NCBI GenBank assembly: GCA_002269645.1
Contig: NIVC01000315.1
Coordinates: forward strand, 1-50,531
DNA: 50,531 bases
Source of the DNA: Macrostomum lignano
Taxonomy: Eukaryota
Reading direction: 5' to 3'
In this document: positions 1-11,852 of the stretch, in pieces
Layout: the number at the start of each line of letters is the position of its first letter
Position numbering within the stretch: position 1 is the first letter of the stretch
The notes under the pieces: generated by a model
What the model was told of the DNA's origin: nothing
The model's database searches: none
The model's input: only the letters and a program-made list of their open reading frames with translations
Translations under genes and position numbers: made by a program

Positions 1-358
1 CAGTTCCTGCAATTCTTGAAGTGAAACCGAAAATTTCTTCCGTTAACCAGACTATTTTTAGTCATGATGCCCATGCCAATATGTAGAGGACTGCTTTTGT
101 GTCGTTGGGCCAGCCAATCCCCCTCGGCAGCTGGCCACAGTCACCAGTGTACTCTGAGCTAAAAATAGCACAGGACTTCAGGGTCGGAATTTCCAAGAAA
201 TGGCCTGGCTCTTATTCACGAAAAGCTTATTAACCCCCTTTAACTGGCTGGCTTTAAGCAACAAGAATCTAATCCAAATCTAATAAAGCTTTAATAGAAT
301 TCGAGTCAATTAACTCTTGTCTTTCACACTCGCTTCCCCAGATCAAAACCCGATCATC

Positions 359-2022
359 ATGGCCAGCTCAAAGTCACGCAGACCGCTGATGAAGCTGTCG
401 ATCGTTGGTCTTCTGATCTGCGTTCCACTGATCTTCCTGATGGTCCGCCAGCCACAACGGCCGACCGGGCGCCGCCACAGGCGCTGAAAAGGACTGTCCA
501 GAGAAGTGCAACTGCACCGTCGGATGCGAAAGCACAGCGTCAAGAAGAATCAGGTGACCTGCCATGGCCTGTCCAGCATCCCGGACGGCATCCCGGTGAA
601 CACTCAGGTGCTCATTCTCAATGGAACAGCATCTCAAAATTAACGATGAGTTGAAGAATCTGTCCAAACTGGAGGAGCTGAGCATGGTTGACAACAAGCT
701 GGAGAAAATCGGACCTGGCAACCTCACCGGCTTGAGCAGTCTCAGCCGGCTCTACCTGACCAGAAATCAACTCAGCGAACTGGCCCGATCTGTGCGATGA
801 TGTCGGATCCAGCCTCACTCACCTGGGCATCGATGAGAACCTCCTCACTGGGTCGGCAGCGCCGGATTCGTATGCCAAGTGCAGAAAGCTGGAGTCTCTG
901 GTCCTCACCAAGAACACCTTCCCCAGCTCAGCAACGCACCCTGGCAGCCCTCGGTGCTGCTGGTTCTCTCAAATCCGTGAAGCTCAACAGCGTCAAGATG
1001 ACTGCCCTGGACCCCACGGCCCTGCTGCCCCTGGCTGATCACCTCACCAGCCTGGATCTCAGCCAGAACCCGGACCTGCCCGTCGAGCAGGTGGCGGCTG
1101 CCTTCAGCGCTGCCCGCTTCAGCAATCAGTTCTCGGCCTGACCCTGAAATCCACTGGCTGGACTGAGCTGCCCGACGGCTTCCTGCCGAGCGGCAACTTC
1201 CCCAGTCTGGACATCCTGCACCTGGACGGCAGCCAGAAGCTGTCGAGCATCCAGCCGAACGCCCTGGCTGGCGGCTCCAGCCTGACTCGCCTGTTCCTCA
1301 ACCAGTGCCCGCTGACGTCACTGGATGCTCAGCTGTCCAACCTGAGAAAGCTGACGGACATCAATCTGTCCGGGACCCGCCTGTCCAAGTGGACCCGGAC
1401 ACGTTCGGCCAGCCGACCCTTCGCCGACTCGACTTGTCCAACGCTGGCGTGACGACCATCGGCGGCTGGACGGCGTCAGCGAGAATCCGCTGCCCGGTCT
1501 GGCCAGCTTGGCTGACGGCGGCCTCCGGCTTGCTGGCAACCCGCTGGTGTGCAACTGCAGCCTGCTGTGGCTCAGCAAGCAGCTCGGGTCCGATGCCATT
1601 CGCAAGAAATTCTACAAGCTCGACCAGGTGACGTGTCGCGACCAGGCCAGCGGGAAGTCGATCAAACTGACCGACTGCAAGCCTGCCGATTGTAACTCTA
1701 CTACTACTACTACTGCTACCACTACTAGTACTGCTACTACTCAGAGTCCCACAGAGAATCCGGCCATTCCGGCAAAGCCAAGCTTGCTGCCTGGGTTCTG
1801 CCCGTGGCCATCTCTGCTGGAGTGCTGCTCCTGGCCGCACTGATGGCTGGCTCAGTCCTGCTAGCGCGTCGGTGCTCTATCCGACGCCAGCAGCAGCAGT
1901 TTGGCGACGGCGAGCAGCGACGCAGTCTGGTTCCAGGCGACGAAGACGATGACGATAGCAGCGTCAGCAACTGCTTCAAGTTGAGGAGTCGCCGTTCGCG
2001 TTCCGAGGACCCGTTGGCCTGA
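359..2022 (+). CDS. Intronless leucine-rich-repeat type-I transmembrane protein (signal peptide, LRRNT, LRRs, LRRCT, Thr-rich stalk, TM, short tail); reading frame broken by about 10 or more small indels
   Basis: Stitching frames from ATG 359 gives the hydrophobic leader MKLSIVGLLICVPLIFLMV and an LRRNT (DCPEKCNC...VTCHGLSSIPDGIPVNTQVLILNG). LRRs follow (LSKLEELSMVDNKLEKI, LSSLSRLYLTRNQLSEL, LTSLDLSQNP, LRRLDLSNAGVTTI), then an LRRCT (LAGNPLVCNCSLLWL...VTC...C), a poly-Thr stalk, the TM segment AISAGVLLLAALMAGSVLLA, and a stop at 2020-2022. Confidence 0.8.
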
Positions 2023-2740
2023 CTGACTTGAGTCATTGAGAGAAGGACATCAATCAATACGCTGCGCATGTACAACACTATTTATAATTTGGTTACTTAT
2101 GCTGACTGGAACCCATTTCTCTCGTAATGGCACTTAAAAAATCTTATTTGTTCGAGCCTACACTAGCTCAACACTTTGTTTGTAATCTAGGAGTATCTGT
2201 TTATTAAGGTGTTAAGTTACGGCTTCCTCTCGCTACATGCCCGATTCTACGCCCTCTATAGGCATTGCTAGAACAGCTTGATAAGAGACTGTCGGTTTGA
2301 ACTGTTGATGTTATTACACGCTTAAACACTTTTGCCTCGTTATCTCTCGCGGTCATTCAATGAATAAACAATTTTTCTGCAGAATTCAAAGTGCAGCCTT
2401 CAGCTGACGTGTAATTTCTTGGAAATTTAAGTTTTAAAATCTGTTAGATATGAGAGCCTGTTAGTTTCTCAGCAATACTTTCCAAGACACGTGTTAATTC
2501 TGGCTTGAACATTTTCGTACGATGATTGTAATAAACAAATTTATCTGATAGCAAATTCAACACTGCTTGTATTCTGAATTCAGTGACTAAACTTAATGCT
2601 GAATTACAAAATCTCTTGTGCAACAAAGTTTACCTATCGCTGCATGTAACTTTTCTTTGAAATCAAACTGAGATAGGAAATTTTCGTTTTTAAGACAAAA
2701 TTATCAATTAGCCAATTAGTCTGAAGTTTTTAGATGCTTT

Positions 2741-2814
2741 GTTGATTGATTGTTTGATTAATTGATTGATTGATTGATTAAGATTGATTGATTGATTGGT
2801 ATGTTGATTAATTA

Positions 2815-2857
<43 letters not shown>

Positions 2858-2971
2858 AATTGATTGATTGTTTGATTAATTGATTGATTGATTGATTAAT
2901 TGATTGATTAATTGATTGATTGATTGATTCATTGGTATGTTGATTGATTAATTGATTGATTGATTGGTATG

Positions 2972-3035
<64 letters not shown>

Positions 3036-3047
3036 TTGATTGATTGG

Positions 3048-3099
<52 letters not shown>

Positions 3100-3103
3100 T
3101 TGG

Positions 3104-3143
<40 letters not shown>

Positions 3144-3262
3144 TTGATTGATTGATTGGTTGATTGGTTGATTGGTTGATTGATTGGTTGATTGATTGAT
3201 TGGTTGATTGATTGATTGATTGATTCGTTAATTGATCAGTTTGTTGGTTGATTGATTGATTG
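2741..3262. repeat. (TTGA)n microsatellite with TTAA and TTGG variant units
   Basis: Direct reading; about 520 bp, roughly 130 tetramers. Confidence 0.97.
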
Positions 3263-3879
3263 ACTTGTCATGACTCTATGCTTATGCTTATTTGGCAATC
3301 GCATGTTAACGAAGCGGAAGGATGCCACTTTTGCAGCAATTCAAACTGCATTGGTGAGATTGAATGTCTTCAGTTTTTGAGCACTAATTCGAGTATATCT
3401 CGCCTTCTGTACTTCTAAATCTCAAACGGAGTCCGAGGCTTTGTTTTGTCCGAGGCTCTTATCAAACTGCGGGCTTTTTTTCTAGAATGCTACTTGAGAC
3501 CAGCGACTTTTTTAGATGGTGCGCGCTCGACCTTAAGGTGTTTGCTGCCATTTTTAATATCGGAATCGGTTACTACAAGTATCCACAAGATACTACTCGT
3601 AATTTGAGCAGTAGTCAGTTAAGTTTCACTAGTTTGGAAATTAAAATTTTTTCAGGTTAAGACAATTGTATTTTCTGAATAATATCTCAATAATAATAAT
3701 ATACTAATAAATTTGAATTGGATTGCTAATTGGTTATCAGGTAAAACGACAAGACTGGTAACTACGTAATTCATTTAAAAGCGAAATGCGAACGCAGTTG
3801 CTTGTTAGGTGATGAACGTCGACATGGTGGATGGTCTGGGATGGGAGTCGAATTTCAAATCAAGAATGAGGTCATCGGA

Positions 3880-4208
3880 TGCTAGGGAAGGGGTCAGGAT
3901 GGTTCAGGATGGGTCAGGATGGGTCAGGATGAGTCAGGATGGGTCAGGGTGGGTCAGGATGGGTCAAGTTGGGTCAGGATGGATTAGGATGGGTCAGGAT
4001 GGGTCAGGATGAGTCAGGATGGGTCAGGATGGCTAGGATGGTTAGGATAGGTCAGCATGGTTAGGATGGGTCAGCATGGGTCAGGATGAGTCAGGATGGG
4101 TCAGGGTGGGTCAGGATGGGTCAAGTTGGGTCAGGATGGGTCAAGTTGGGTCAGGATGGATCAGGATGGGTCAGGATGGGTCAGCATGGGTCAGCATGGG
4201 TCAGGATG
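3880..4208. repeat. 10-bp tandem repeat (GGATGGGTCA)n, about 33 units, about 70 bp beyond the MFS stop codon
   Basis: Direct reading. Confidence 0.95.
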
Positions 4209-4279
4209 CAGGAGTAATTACAGGATCAGAATGGCCTTAAAGACGCTTCACAACAGAGTCGGACGGCTCAGCGCTCGGA

Positions 4280-6414
4280 TCAGTGGTCCTCTAGATCGGC
4301 GTCCTTGGTCTCTCGGGACAGGCAGAAGGCCGCCAGCAGTACCACGACGACGAAGGCGCCCGCGTAGACCACGAGGCCAGCAATCCGGGACGCCGGCATG
4401 ACCACCTGGGCGATCAGGGGCGTCAGGATGCAGCCGCACTTGCCGGTGAGCTGGATCAGCCCGACGCCCAGCGCTCTCACCCTTGTGGGGAACGCCTCCG
4501 GCGCGTAGATGTTGCTGATGTTGATGGTCACCACGGCGGAGCCGCGGGCGAAGAACAGCAGGCTGACCAGCAGGGGGCGCTGCGGGGTGCCAGGCTGCTC
4601 AGCATGAGTAGCAGGGTGAAGCCACCAGCCAGGCCTGCGGTCACCTGCGCGGAAGGATTGTGGCAACTTTATCCACCATGAGCCTGCTGACTGCCGCCAT
4701 GCCCCAACATGATCCTACTATCCACTACTATGACCTGCTTCACTATGACCCCGCTATGACCTGCTCCACTATGATCTCGCTATGACCTACTCCACAATGA
4801 ATGAAGTTGATGATCCCTAATATGACATTCACCGTGTCTCCAACTGGATCCTAACCATGAACCCTTCACTGCGGCAATTCACACACGACACAGTGCCCAC
4901 AATGACCCCTTAGCAACTGCCGGTCCCAAACCACCTGCAGCATTCGCCGCCTTTCCAGGTAGGCGCTGACGGACAGAGCGATAACTGTGCCGGGCACCTC
5001 CGACAAGGCCGTCACCAGCAGGTTGACGTAGTCGCGCTGCGACAGCGGCCGGCAGTCGGCGCCGCCGCAGCTGGACTGCAGCACCTCGGCGACGCTGTTG
5101 CTCATGCCGGACTCCTGGACGAGCTGCTGGGCGAACAGAACGCCGCCGTAGTAGGTGAAGTTTGTCAGGAAGCTGATGGCAGCCAGGCCCAGCGTGAGGG
5201 AGCGAAGCCTCCTGCTGAACAGCCACTTGACGCGGGGCGCCTCCGCCGTCTTGGCCTCCTGGCTGATGCGCAATTTGTCCCAGTCAAAGTCAGACTCGCG
5301 ACCGTTCACCTTGGTGCGGTTCGGTTTTATCTGGCTTGTAAAACTTTGCCAATCGATTTCTGGGCAGAATCTTCCCCAAAATTCGAATCCCAGGAGAATT
5401 CAATTCACGTACATTAATTTCAATCATCTACAGTTACAATAATAAATTAGCAGAAGGGTTTTGGTCACCGTGGAGACATCCGTCGCACAGCCAGCGCTGA
5501 GGCAATTCTGCCCATTCCGCTGCCTCCTGAGCACAGACAAGCGCGTCAATACTGTACTCAGGCACAGCACTCGTACACACGCACACACGGGGTGTACAGC
5601 AGCGGCCCTTTGACTAATCTTCTCCAAAACAATTAATCCCCTAGCAACACACCCTGGCGATGTGCCTGAGCGAAGCCTTGCACTTGTCCATTTGGCCGTG
5701 CACCAGGTAGAACCGAGGCGTCTCCGGGACCAGCCAGTAAGCCCCGCAGCTGCCGATGATGGGCAGGGCAGACAGAATGACGAGGATCCGCCAGGTTTCG
5801 TTGCCGACGCCGGCAGCGTTGAGTCCCAGAGCGACGGCGAGCTCCAGCACGGGGCCGACACTCCAGACGACAAAGCCGATGTTCAACAGATAGGCCCTGG
5901 CGGTTGCCGGGCAGCACTCGACCATGTACACCAGGCCCTGCGGCGTGGTTGCCATGAAGGCTCCGGCCACAGTGCGCAGGAAGACCAGCCATTCGAAGCT
6001 GGGCGACAGCGCGGAGATGAGCATGTAGTAGCCGGTGAAGGCCATGCCGAGGATCATGACGCCCCGCCTGCCATGCTGATCAGCCAGGAAGCCCCACAGC
6101 GGGCAGAACAGCAGGAAGCCCATGAAAATGGCCAGCGAGAAGATGGCCAGCCTCAGATTGGGCAGTTGCCACTGGCACTGGATGGTGCGGCCCACAATTC
6201 CGATCAGAGTGATGCCCATGGACTCTCCTAGTAGAAGCAGGCCGGCAAACACCGTCAGGAGAGCTTGGAAGCGGCCAACACCGAGGGCGTCGATCACTTC
6301 GCCAACTTTTATTGTTGGTCCGTCTTTGTCGTCGTCGCCTCCAGCCGAAGCAGCGCTTGAAACCGCCGGCCTGCTGCGACGGACGAGCTCGGTCTTCTCG
6401 GTGGCTTCGGACAT
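4280..6414 (-). CDS. Major facilitator superfamily transporter, SV2/SVOP-like, about 500 aa. Exons 6414-5653, 5309-4935, 4644-4280; one 1-nt loss near 4590
   Basis: IDALGVGRFQ N-terminus, MFS motif A (GFLADQHGRR), WRILV...LSALP, VPETPRFYL, YAPEAFPTRVRALGVG, LSRETK C-terminus. Both introns are GT-AG and phase 0 (exons of 762 and 375 nt). Exon 3 is 365 nt, one base short of 122 codons, with a frame switch at CTG-GC-ACC. Confidence 0.9.
4725..4800. repeat. Short degenerate repeat (CTATGACC core) in MFS intron 2
   Basis: About 5 imperfect copies of ctatgacc(t/c)gctcca. Confidence 0.6.
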
Positions 6415-6475
6415 TGCCGGAGCCTCTCTTGTCCCTGTTGCCTCGTTCTTGTTTCCCTATTCAAGTCTTTGCGCT

Positions 6476-7737
6476 TGTGTCTTTGGTTAACTGTCGGAAT
6501 GCGTCTTTGGTCAGCTATCGGAATGCGTCTTTGGTTAACTGTCGGAATGTGTCTTTGGTCAGCTATCGGAATGCGTCTTTGGTTAACTGTCGGAATGCGT
6601 CTTTGGTCAGCTATCGGAATGTGTCTTTGGTTGACTGTCGGAATGTGTCTTTGGTTAACTGTCGGAATGTGTCTTTGGTTAACTGTCGGAATTCGTCTTT
6701 AGTTAACTGTCGGAATGTGTCTTTGGTTAACTGTCGGAATGCGTCTTTGGTTAACTGTCGGAATTCGTCTTTAGTTAACTGTCGGAATGTGTCTTTGGTT
6801 AACTGTCGGAATGCGTCTTTGGTTAACTGTCGGAATGTGTCTTTGGTTAACTGTCGGAATGCGTCTTTGGTTAACTGTCGGAATGTGTCTTTGGTTAACT
6901 GTCGGAATGTTTATTTGGTTAACTGTCGGAATGTGTCTTTGGTTAACTGTCGGAATGTTTATTTGGTTAACTGTCGGAATGTGTCTTTGGTTAACTGTCG
7001 GAATGTGTCTTTGGTTAACTGTCGGAATGTGTCTTTGGTTAACTGTCGGAATGCGTCTTTAGTTAACTGTCGGAATGTGTCTTTGGTTGACTGTCGGAAT
7101 GCGTCTTTAGTTAACTGTCGGAATGTGTCTTTGGTTGACTGTCGGAATGTGTCTTTGGTTAACTGTCGGAATGTGTCTTTGGTTAACTGTCGGAATGCGT
7201 CTTTAGTTAACTGTCGGAATGTGTCTTTGGTTAACTGTCGGAATGCGTCTTTAGTTAACTGTCGGAATGTGTCTTTGGTTGACTGTCGGAATGCGTCTTT
7301 GGTTAACTGTCGGAATGTGTCTTTGGTTAACTGTCGGAATGCGTCTTTAGTTAACTGTCGGAATGTGTCTTTGGTTGACTGTCGGAATGCGTCTTTGGTT
7401 AACTGTCGGAATGTGTCTTTGGTTAACTGTCGGAATGTTTCTTTGGTTAACTGTCGGAATGTGTCTTTGGTTAACTGTCGGAATGCGTCTTTGGTTAACT
7501 GTCGGAATGTGTCTTTGGTTAACTGTCGGAATGCGTCTTTAGTTAACTGTCGGAATGTGTCTTTGGTTAACTGTCGGAATGTGTCTTTGGTTAACTGTCG
7601 GAATGTGTCTTTGGTTAACTGTCGGAATGTGTCTTTGGTTAACTGTCGGAATGTGTCTTTAGTTAACTGTCGGAATGCGTCTTTGGTTAACTGTCGGAAT
7701 GCGTCTTTGGTTAACTGTCGGAATGCGTCTTTGGTTA
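6476..7737. repeat. 24-bp minisatellite (GTCTTTGGTTAACTGTCGGAATGY)n, about 52 units, starting about 60 bp upstream of the MFS ATG
   Basis: Direct reading; it accounts for the NCRNVSLV-repeat ORF. Confidence 0.98.
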
Positions 7738-7907
7738 GCCTAGAGGCAAAGCTTAAGCTTAGTGCTTAAGAGGAGCCGGCAGTGGAACTCGGAAACACAC
7801 CATATTAGCCTGTCTTTCTATTAAATGGAATTGAAAGCGCTGTTAGTAAAAGTGCAGAGCCAATTTTTCTTTCTAGGAGGAGCCAATAGCAACACGAGGA
7901 GTTGGTA

Positions 7908-7991
<84 letters not shown>
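7908..7991. repeat. (CT)n microsatellite
   Basis: Direct reading. Confidence 0.98.
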
Positions 7992-7994
<3 letters not shown>

Positions 7995-9802
7995 GAAACA
8001 ATTGGAAGAAGAAGACCTCAGTAAATTTCGTTTGCCTAAACGTTCTGTTACGCATTTGCGTATAGCCTGCCTGGTGTCTGTCTGCCCAACTTGAAGGCAG
8101 GAAGACTCTCAAACCAGTCACCCACCCTCCTCTAATCCGAGAACGCGTTTATTGAGCCAATTTGGGAGCCTCACCATGCCGAATTTCTCCTCGCTAGGAG
8201 AGGGGGCCACGCAGAGTAGCAACAGGTGCTGAGGTCGGCGGGATCAGGCCATTTCTGAGCACGCGCGGTCCTATGTCGAGGCTGTTTGTCTGTTTTCAAG
8301 TGCAGCCTGGCGTCACACTGTGGCTACACAGCGAGGGAGCCTGTTAGCCTTGCCAACAATTTTTGCAGCCCCACTGAGGCGTTGTTGGCACAGCCGGCTA
8401 AAAGTTACCTTTAGAGAAATCAGAGCGACAATTTCCAGAGCACTGGATTTTGGATTTTAGAAAGCTGATTTCGCGAGTGCACGCAGGTGGTGCAACAGAC
8501 AGACAGTTGTTGGGATTCGTATTAGACTCACTGCAAAGCATGAGAACTGCTGGAATGCAATTCTAACTTAGTTCTGATAATCCTATTAGCCAATGCAGTA
8601 TTTGCACTGTGCAGTATTTGCACAGTAGGAATTCGCTCTGACTCGGGTTGGGTGGGTGAGGGGTGAATCGAACTAACCAAACGGCGCCATCAAAACGTAC
8701 AACTGCCAGCCGTGTAAATTCCTCTACCATAAAAACTGCAGTGTTGACGATTATATTTGCTCTTGGAGTTGGCGATGTTGCAGACAGTTTCTGTTGCTGA
8801 GCTGTGCTCAAGTGTTTGTTGAATTAGAAAGTGTACAAGTGTGCGTGCTTGGACAATTAGAAAGTCAAAGGGCGCGCTTGCATGCGGTCCGTAGACAGCG
8901 GAGTGAGCAGAATTGCATGCAGTCACACAAAATTTAGCCACGTTTGATGGCTTTTTAGCCGACGTCCTTGAGGGGCCCGTAAAATTTACAAAAAAATTTT
9001 CTGCTTACTCTACTATAAGTAGGAAGCAAATTAATAATTGAAGTAGATTGAATTTGTTCTGCTAACTGAGTCAGAATCAGGCTCTATTTTGTCTGTTGCA
9101 AATGTCACTCGAAGAATCGTATTCCTCCATGTGACCGAGTTATACACGATCGGTCGCCGTACTTTGGAATTTAGTCCGCTCAATACCACAGAACACCTCG
9201 TATACACAGAATGCTCAATAAGACTCCTGCTGAAAATTCGCACAGTCTTCTCATTTTGAAAACTTAATTCTCAGTGGTACGAATTAGATTTCTGTGTATT
9301 CTGTGTACATGCAGTGGATAAAGAAATGTGATTCAGTCAGTTGCAGGTAAACGTTGAGAAGGAATTTTAGAAAAGAATCTATTTTTGCGGCGCCCAATCT
9401 GAGTTCACGATCAAAAAGTCTTATAGTGGTAGAAATTCTCGTCTGAACTGGCACTGCGGGTGAAACCGCGTTCCGGAAGCCCCTCTCATCCTCAGGCAAA
9501 AGCAACAATGTCAAACAAAACAAATAGCAATTTTTACATGTTTGCAACATCCGGGTTTGCACCGCTTCAGCTGCCATTGTTGCAACCCGCCATTGTTCTA
9601 CCGCTCGCTCCTCTGCATCCGCAGGCAAACTTTAGAACGAAAAATCGACAGATTCATTCTCGGAATTCATCTCCCAAAAATGCATAAATTCGGAAACAAA
9701 TGCGCACAGGGAATAGAGAGGCAAGCAGACCAACAGTCCAAAACCTGTAGGAGACCTTGGAGCCTGCAGCTCACAATAAACTGTAACTGATCTGATCCTT
9801 GA

Positions 9803-10561
9803 ATGCTGCTGCAAGCTGTGCTATCACTACTGCTGCTGTGGGTCCCTGCGGTGCTGTCCGAGTCCTGCAGCTCCGCCAGGCTGAAATTCCACCGAACCAC
9901 CGGACTGGACTGCGTGAGCTCCGACTTCACCAGCATCGTGTCCGGTCTGTGCACTCCGCTCGAATGCAGCTACGTCTGCGCTAGGAAGGACAAGTGTCAG
10001 GCCTTCTCAGTGCTGACAGCTGGAGCCTGTCAGTGCAAGCTGTTCCTGTTCGATGCGTGCAGTCACCGTGTGCAGTCTGTGCCGAGCTGCACTCATCAGG
10101 TGACTGTGTATGTGAGGTCTCTGCCCGGCGTACCTCCGGGTCGCCTGTGTCCGTCCGGATACGAGCACACGAGACACGGCACCTCGTACAAGCTGGTCAC
10201 GTCGGAGACACTCACCTGGAACAACGCCAACCTGTCCTGCAGTGCGGATCCCGGACTGACCAAGTTCTCTGATGCGATCGACCTCGATGAGGCTCTGCAC
10301 CTGAGGTCGCTGAAGCAGCTGATTGACAGCTCCTCCGATTTTTTCCTTGGCGGATCTGGAACTTCGAATGCGCACTCTGACTGGTTCTGGGCCGCCTGCA
10401 ACCTGCCCGTGAATGCCAGCGTATGGCACTCTGGAGAGCCGAACGGTGCCGCGTCATTGGAGTGCACCAATCTTTGGCATGGCCATTCAACTGGAGGCGT
10501 TGACGATGACTCCTGCAGCAGTGCTCGCAGGTACATCTGCGAGTGCCAGTCCGTGTTCTGA
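9803..10561 (+). CDS. Intronless secreted protein, 252 aa: signal peptide + PAN/apple-like domain + C-type lectin domain
   Basis: Signal peptide MLLQAVLSLLLLWVPAVLS. PAN-like C-x3-C-x5-C-x-AF pattern (CSYVCARKDKCQAF). CTLD hallmarks: CPSGY, TWNNANLSC, FFLGG, WFW, WHSGEPN, C...DDSCSSARRYICE. The ORF is intact. Confidence 0.88.
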   Translation: MLLQAVLSLLLLWVPAVLSESCSSARLKFHRTTGLDCVSSDFTSIVSGLCTPLECSYVCARKDKCQAFSVLTAGACQCKLFLFDACSHRVQSVPSCTHQVTVYVRSLPGVPPGRLCPSGYEHTRHGTSYKLVTSETLTWNNANLSCSADPGLTKFSDAIDLDEALHLRSLKQLIDSSSDFFLGGSGTSNAHSDWFWAACNLPVNASVWHSGEPNGAASLECTNLWHGHSTGGVDDDSCSSARRYICECQSVF

Positions 10562-11184
10562 AGCAGCGTCTTGAGTAGCAAAGAATTTACAAAAGAAGCG
10601 AGCGGTCTCGATGCAGTTCAGTGAAGCGTTTACGTGAAAATTTTTATGCCCAATTTAACTGCATCACGTCTAGGAAATTTTCGTCGAGTCTTTAAAACAC
10701 TCAGCAATAACTATATCTAACTCAAATAAAATATTGAGAATTTTCAGATAAATTTGATCTTTAAAAGGCCTGTCTGGTAAGCAGCAATAAACATGGGAAT
10801 GTTTTTAATTCATTTATTTATTTGTCGAGAGTTGTACTGGGTTGTTACCGTAGCTGTGAAAGTTAATAATCTACACAATAATTGAAACAAACATTCTACT
10901 TTTAACAAAATCAAGATCAAATTGAATTCAACGTCTGAGCCAGCTGAGCTGAGCTGGGCACGAGTCACGCAACTCAAGCTCTCAAAAGCAACAGGATAGC
11001 AACGGCATATTTACGAGTATGATGGAAGAGAGACCGCGCATTTGCCATCGAACTTTTTTCTTTTCTAAAACTACTGTCAGTAGCCCAAATTGATTGCAGC
11101 AATCTTTTTATTTATTGAATCTTTGAAAAGTATCAAAAATTGTTGGGAATAAGACTGCGGGAAATTCGAGCGTCCACTGCTGGC

Positions 11185-11852
11185 AAAAGAGTCGAGGTTA
11201 ACTGCCGCCAGCCATTCAGCGCGGCACCGCGGCACCAGCAGCCGGGAGCTCTTTGAGTTGAGTCCGCGGCCTCTCCACCGCCTCGGGTCGCGGCTGCGCG
11301 AGCTGTCAAGCCGGCGGGCGGGCGCCCGTCTCCTCTGCCGGGCCTGGCAGAGCGGCACCGCCCCTCCTGCCTGGACGGCAGTTGGGGTTCGGCTGCGGAC
11401 AGCCCCCCAGCCCACCCTTGCTTGGACTCAGCGCGCAGGAATGCGCCGCAGAGCTCGCGCCAAGGCAGGACTGGAAGCCGACACCGCAAAGCGACCCACC
11501 AAAGCCAGGCAGCCGGCCGGCAGGTCGCTCCAACCGTTCTAGGAAATTCCTGAGAGCGGAATCGCCTCGGTGCGATGGCTCCGCCAGCTCGACTCCCGCG
11601 GTCCCGCCCTCACGCCCGCTAAGGCGTGCGGGTAGGTCGCGTACTCGAATTCCCCGGCCAGCAGATTGCCGGCCAGGATGGCCGAGTTCGCCATGCCCGC
11701 ACGTTTTGGCCGAAGGCGGTTTCTGTCTCCGCTGGATGAGATCCGTGAAGTGCGGGGGTTCGAACCCGCGACCTTCAGAACCGAATCCAAGCGGAGGGTT
11801 GCGCGTCCACTCCGCGATGGGAGAAGTCGCTAACCACCCGGCTACGTGGGGA
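11185..11852 (-). mobile_element. tRNA-headed SINE-like or Pol III-type element (about 665 nt, GC-rich body)
   Basis: A-box-like TAGCCGGGTGG (11844-11834), B box GGTTCGAACCC (11766-11756) with a GCGGG/CCCGC T-stem, and a tRNA-like anticodon-to-T-arm segment. The first TTTT on this strand is at 11188-11185. There is no acceptor stem. Confidence 0.55.

Noticed and set aside
5424-6490. Overlapping alternative-frame and antisense ORFs over MFS (likewise over LRR, lectin, CDC123, COASY, Gypsy and collagen)
   Set aside because: Shadow ORFs expected from GC-rich codon usage; no independent motifs.
6312-7769. 485-aa ORF of NCRNVSLV repeats and overlapping MCLWLTVG ORFs
   Set aside because: Translation of a stop-free 24-bp minisatellite; the start overlaps the MFS gene antisense and there is no domain content.
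11740-11852. Functional (intron-containing) tRNA gene
   Set aside because: No acceptor-stem pairing, a non-canonical anticodon loop, and the insert is not at position 37/38.
11185-11852. RNase P/MRP or telomerase RNA identity (AATGGCTG and AACCTCGACT near the 3' end; 8-bp complementarities)
   Set aside because: No P1 strand after the CR-V-like motif, a poor CR-I match and no CTAACCCT-type template; 8-bp complementarities are expected by chance in 700 GC-rich nt. An Infernal/Rfam scan would settle it.
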